NCBI GenBank assembly: GCA_963716175.1 | Contig: OY970296.1 | Coordinates: 128,001 to 192,000 of the forward strand | DNA: 64,000 bases | Reading direction: 5' to 3' | Source of the DNA: an uncultured Armatimonadetes bacterium | Lineage (GTDB): Bacteria > Armatimonadota > Hebobacteria > Hebobacterales > Hebobacteraceae | In this document: piece after piece, positions 60,777 to 64,000 of the stretch | How positions within the stretch are numbered: position 1 is the first letter of the stretch | Layout: each line of letters opens with the position of its first letter | Notes under the pieces: generated by a model | Told to the model about the DNA's origin: nothing | What the model saw: only the letters and a program-made list of their open reading frames with translations | The model's database searches: none | Translations under genes and position numbers: made by a program

Positions 60777-62618
60777 TCAGAGCCCTGACGCGGCTGGCAT
60801 GTGCTCGATGACTTCAGCCATCTGCTCCCGCGCGCTCAGCAGCTCCTCTGGGTCGTGGCACCAGTCAGCGAAACTCTCGACTACCCGCTGTTCGCTAAGC
60901 CACCGCTTCGCCTGAGCGACCAAGTCCGGGCTCTTGCCGGCGGCCTCCAGCTGCTCGACGCCATTGGCGAGCAGCCGGACATACTCGTAATCCTCCATGC
61001 CGTCGCGAAGCGCCTCGAGGCGGAGAGACGAAAGGGCAGTGCCGTTAGGGCCGGGGTAGATCAGGTGTCCATCTCCGTTGAAGTACTCCGCCTGTCCCTC
61101 CCAATGGCTCACGAAGTTCGCTGCAACCCAGGGTCGGTTCGGCCATTTCGCTTCGGGCCCTGCTCCCATCAGGTTGGCCTCTCCCCAGTAGTTGGCGCTC
61201 CAGTAGAGTAGACCCTCGAGGTCGTACTTCCAGCACAGCCATGGGAGCATGCGACAGTCTATCAGGGGGTAGTCAATGAAGATATTGGGATAGGGATGGT
61301 GCACATCGCAGGCGACGTAGACCCAGAGCAGTTTCTTCTGCTGCCGCCAGCGTTCGATGTTCGCCCGCGCCCGGTTGCCACCTTGAGCGATATTCAGCAT
61401 GTGCAGGCCCCAGATATCCACTTCCTCCTGACACAGGTCCACCAGCGGTCCCGTGACCGGGCCGTCCAGTCTGGTCCGGAGGCGCGGGTGAGACCGGTGG
61501 ACTGTCTGGAGCTCTTTCAGCACCTGCTGGGCATACTGGTCCCGGGGCTCATCCCAGACCATCGCAAAGGCGCGATCGAGCCACCCGCGCGCCTCTAAGT
61601 GCTCTGCGAGGTCACGCAGACAGCTCACGATGCGAGCTCTTTCGGCCTCGTTCAGGTCTGGGCCTCTTTCCAGGAAGCCGGGGAGGCGGGCCCCCTGGAA
61701 TGCTGTCAATCCGCGAGGGAAGCAGTACTCCAGGCACTCGTCGAACTGATGGTAATCGAAAGGCCCCGTGTCGCGGCCATCGATCACGGCCTCCATGCCC
61801 TGCCGCAGATAGGTCCCGAGATCATCGCTGCTCAGCCGGTGGCTGAACAGCATATCCCAGTAGTTCCGCAGTGTACTCTCCGGTAGAGGGTCCTGGTTGT
61901 AGAACTGGGAGAGAGTATCAGTGTAGATCGCAATCGCCGACGGCAAGGGTGGGTTGGGCGCCAGCGCGAAATCCCAGACTCGCAGCACCAGCGGGACTTG
62001 CTGATCTGCCCCATCCCCGGCGGAAACGGTGATGGTCCCCTGATAGCGTCCGGCGGTCGCGGCCTCTGGAACGTGCACCGTGAGCCAGAAAGGTTGGCGC
62101 CGACCGGGGAGCACGTCCATCGGCTCGGGCGGCAGCAACGGATCGGGCCACCACCCGGTTCGCTCCACCGGGTATGCGGGCTGCTTGGTTTCGACGTAGC
62201 CCACTGGGTTGATCCTGATCCGTGTTGCGGGGATGACGTGGTCGCCGGCTTCGTCTCGCAGGTCGGATACCGACACCGTGACATTGTGGAGCGCCTCTGT
62301 ACCTGCTTCGACGACTACTTGCAGGCTCTCCCTCTCGTTCCGGCACGCGCTGATGCGCGCCGTTCCCCGTCTCAGTAGGGAGGCACCGTTCTCCGGCTCG
62401 CGGAGGAGTTTGGTCAGGCTGTCAGCAATCGAGACCTGCATTCCCCTGGTCCTTTCTGCTGCCTGAGATGAGATACCCGCGGCCCAGCAGTTCCCCGCTG
62501 AGAACACGAGCGCGACCAGCCCGATGCGCCAGCAGTGGTGGGCCGTCATCGTGTCACGTGCCATCTCGGGCCCTGGATACGCTGGGATTCCACAGATCAC
62601 CTGCTGTGCCCGGTCCAC
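60777..62618 (-). CDS. GH123-like / DUF4091 glycoside hydrolase-domain protein
   Basis: RNERESLQ, WWPDPLLP, WDEPR, GLLYW, GDGHLIYPG, SSLRLEALRDGMEDYEY. Confidence 0.8.
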   Translation of the reverse strand: MDRAQQVICGIPAYPGPEMARDTMTAHHCWRIGLVALVFSAGNCWAAGISSQAAERTRGMQVSIADSLTKLLREPENGASLLRRGTARISACRNERESLQVVVEAGTEALHNVTVSVSDLRDEAGDHVIPATRIRINPVGYVETKQPAYPVERTGWWPDPLLPPEPMDVLPGRRQPFWLTVHVPEAATAGRYQGTITVSAGDGADQQVPLVLRVWDFALAPNPPLPSAIAIYTDTLSQFYNQDPLPESTLRNYWDMLFSHRLSSDDLGTYLRQGMEAVIDGRDTGPFDYHQFDECLEYCFPRGLTAFQGARLPGFLERGPDLNEAERARIVSCLRDLAEHLEARGWLDRAFAMVWDEPRDQYAQQVLKELQTVHRSHPRLRTRLDGPVTGPLVDLCQEEVDIWGLHMLNIAQGGNRARANIERWRQQKKLLWVYVACDVHHPYPNIFIDYPLIDCRMLPWLCWKYDLEGLLYWSANYWGEANLMGAGPEAKWPNRPWVAANFVSHWEGQAEYFNGDGHLIYPGPNGTALSSLRLEALRDGMEDYEYVRLLANGVEQLEAAGKSPDLVAQAKRWLSEQRVVESFADWCHDPEELLSAREQMAEVIEHMPAASGL

Positions 62619-63330
62619 GGCATACCTCCGTGCCGGGCCTCGCGGACCGGGATAGGCGCCTTCCCTCTGACCGAATCAGGCGGGGCGCGGCGACGCGTGA
62701 GTCCCAGAGCACTTCGCCGTAGTCGACCACGCGCCAGAATCAGATGTAAAGGGCAGCCATCTGCCCATCCCCACCCGATCCGGCATTGGTGCAGACCTGG
62801 TCACAGACCGAGTCGCCCCCTTCCTGTGGGCCGAGTGTCGGCAGGGCTAGCTGGCATGCGCTGCCGGCGTCGCGTACTCCGGCTCTTCGCGTCGGTGGTG
62901 GCCAAGCGATGATGGAACCGCCTGCGGGTTCCGAAGCCCGTTTGGCGGCGCATGGGCCCATATCGGCGCGTAGCGGCCAGGGCCGCATTCTGCCACACCG
63001 ACCTACGGGGCGAAGCCAGAGTGCGGCCACTTGTCGGGAATCGAGGCCTACTGTCGCTTTGCACAGGGCATGGGGGTGACCGCGGATTGCGAGTGGGAGG
63101 GCCCCCTTTCTCGCTGCCTGTGGGCGCACCCGCGCTGTTCTCCGCGGGGCGGTCAGCTCTCGTCCCACAAGACTCTGCCGAAGCCGAGCCTGCTCCCTGT
63201 GCCTGGAGGAGAGTGACACTAGCTGGAGAAGGCGCTTCTTACTGGAGCTTCGGTTGGTCAGTGAAATCAGCACTGCGCTGTCGGACCCCCCTCGCGGGGA
63301 GCGGGCGCGTCCGCCGAACCCCATCGAGGT

Positions 63331-64000
63331 GTGACCGCGCGCGCTGTGACCCTCGGGCTGATCCTGACGCCCCTGAATGTCTTCTTCCTCGTGAATGCCA
63401 CCTGGACCGTTGGCGGATTCACCGGTTCGGAGAGCTTGTTCCTCAACACCGTAGCCCTCCTGTTTCTGCTGACACTGCTCAACCAATGGCTCAAGCGTCG
63501 GCGATCCCCTCGGGCCTTCGTCGCCGGCGAGATGCTCACCATCTACTTGATGCTGGGGGTGAGCACTGGTCTGGTGAGCAGCGTCTGGGATCTGGGAGGC
63601 GCGCTTGCCGGCACCATCACCTACCCCTTCTGGTTTGCCACCCGGGAGAACAAGTGGCAGGAGCTGCTCTGGCCGAACCTGCCGGGCTGGCTGACGGTCC
63701 AGGACAGGCAGGTGCTGGAGGGCTTCTACGCGGGCCGCTCGGACGCTTACACCTGGCCCGTGATCAGAGCCTGGGCGGTGCCGGCCTGCTGGTGGGCCGC
63801 CCTGATGGGGACGGTGATGTGGGTCTGCCTCTGCCTCAACTCCATCGTGCGCCGCCGGTGGGCGGACGAGGAGAAGCTGCCCTTCCCCATGACTATGCTC
63901 CCGGTGCAGCTCGCAGAGGAGCGCTCAGGCCTGCTCCGCAACCGGCTGTTCTGGCTGGCCGTAGCCATCTCGGCCGGGATGGGCGTCTGGAACACCCTCA
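63331..64000 (+). CDS. DUF6785-type membrane protein, copy 4, 3'-truncated by window edge (true start possibly TTG 63254 with a frameshift)
   Basis: VTARAVTLGLILTPLNVFF, GEMLTIY, LWPNLPGWL, RRRWADEEKLPFPM; colinear with copies 2 and 3. Confidence 0.82.
   Translation, partial: MTARAVTLGLILTPLNVFFLVNATWTVGGFTGSESLFLNTVALLFLLTLLNQWLKRRRSPRAFVAGEMLTIYLMLGVSTGLVSSVWDLGGALAGTITYPFWFATRENKWQELLWPNLPGWLTVQDRQVLEGFYAGRSDAYTWPVIRAWAVPACWWAALMGTVMWVCLCLNSIVRRRWADEEKLPFPMTMLPVQLAEERSGLLRNRLFWLAVAISAGMGVWNTL

Noticed and set aside
62900-62945. Fluoride-riboswitch-like GCGATGATGG..CGCC
   Set aside because: Stem and downstream conserved elements do not match; no crcB/eriC-type gene follows.

Overview
GC-rich bacterial DNA; gene content suggests Armatimonadota (inferred from DUF1559-type pseudopilins with the [12 protein letters not shown] signature and DUF6785-type membrane proteins). 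Left end: two paralogous lipoproteins and a MacAB/LolD-like ABC exporter. Most of the window is a set of repeated catabolic modules. Three Cys-rich prepilin-like (H-X9-DG) genes each head a run containing a ~650-aa DUF6785/OPT-like membrane protein and sugar/nucleotide-acting enzymes, two of them with a divergent AraC activator. A fourth pilin-like gene and a fourth, partial transporter are also present. The pilin genes share cis-elements: an AraC box (2 of 4), an orphan upstream SD (4 of 4) and a 3' hairpin (3 of 4). This PUL-like 'pilin + transporter + enzymes' architecture is the best candidate for an undescribed system. Also present: a cold-shock-like DEAD/RRM/zinc-ribbon operon, a rearranged wzt region with an apparent 576-bp inversion, a tRNA-Phe-like gene with a GAG (Leu) anticodon, two pairs of inverted MITE-like repeats, IS/integrase remnants, and an AMMECR1 / thioester-less alpha-2-macroglobulin / TlpA-deacetylase operon. 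About eight single-base frameshifts look like long-read consensus errors. All family calls come from motif recognition by eye; no searches were run.
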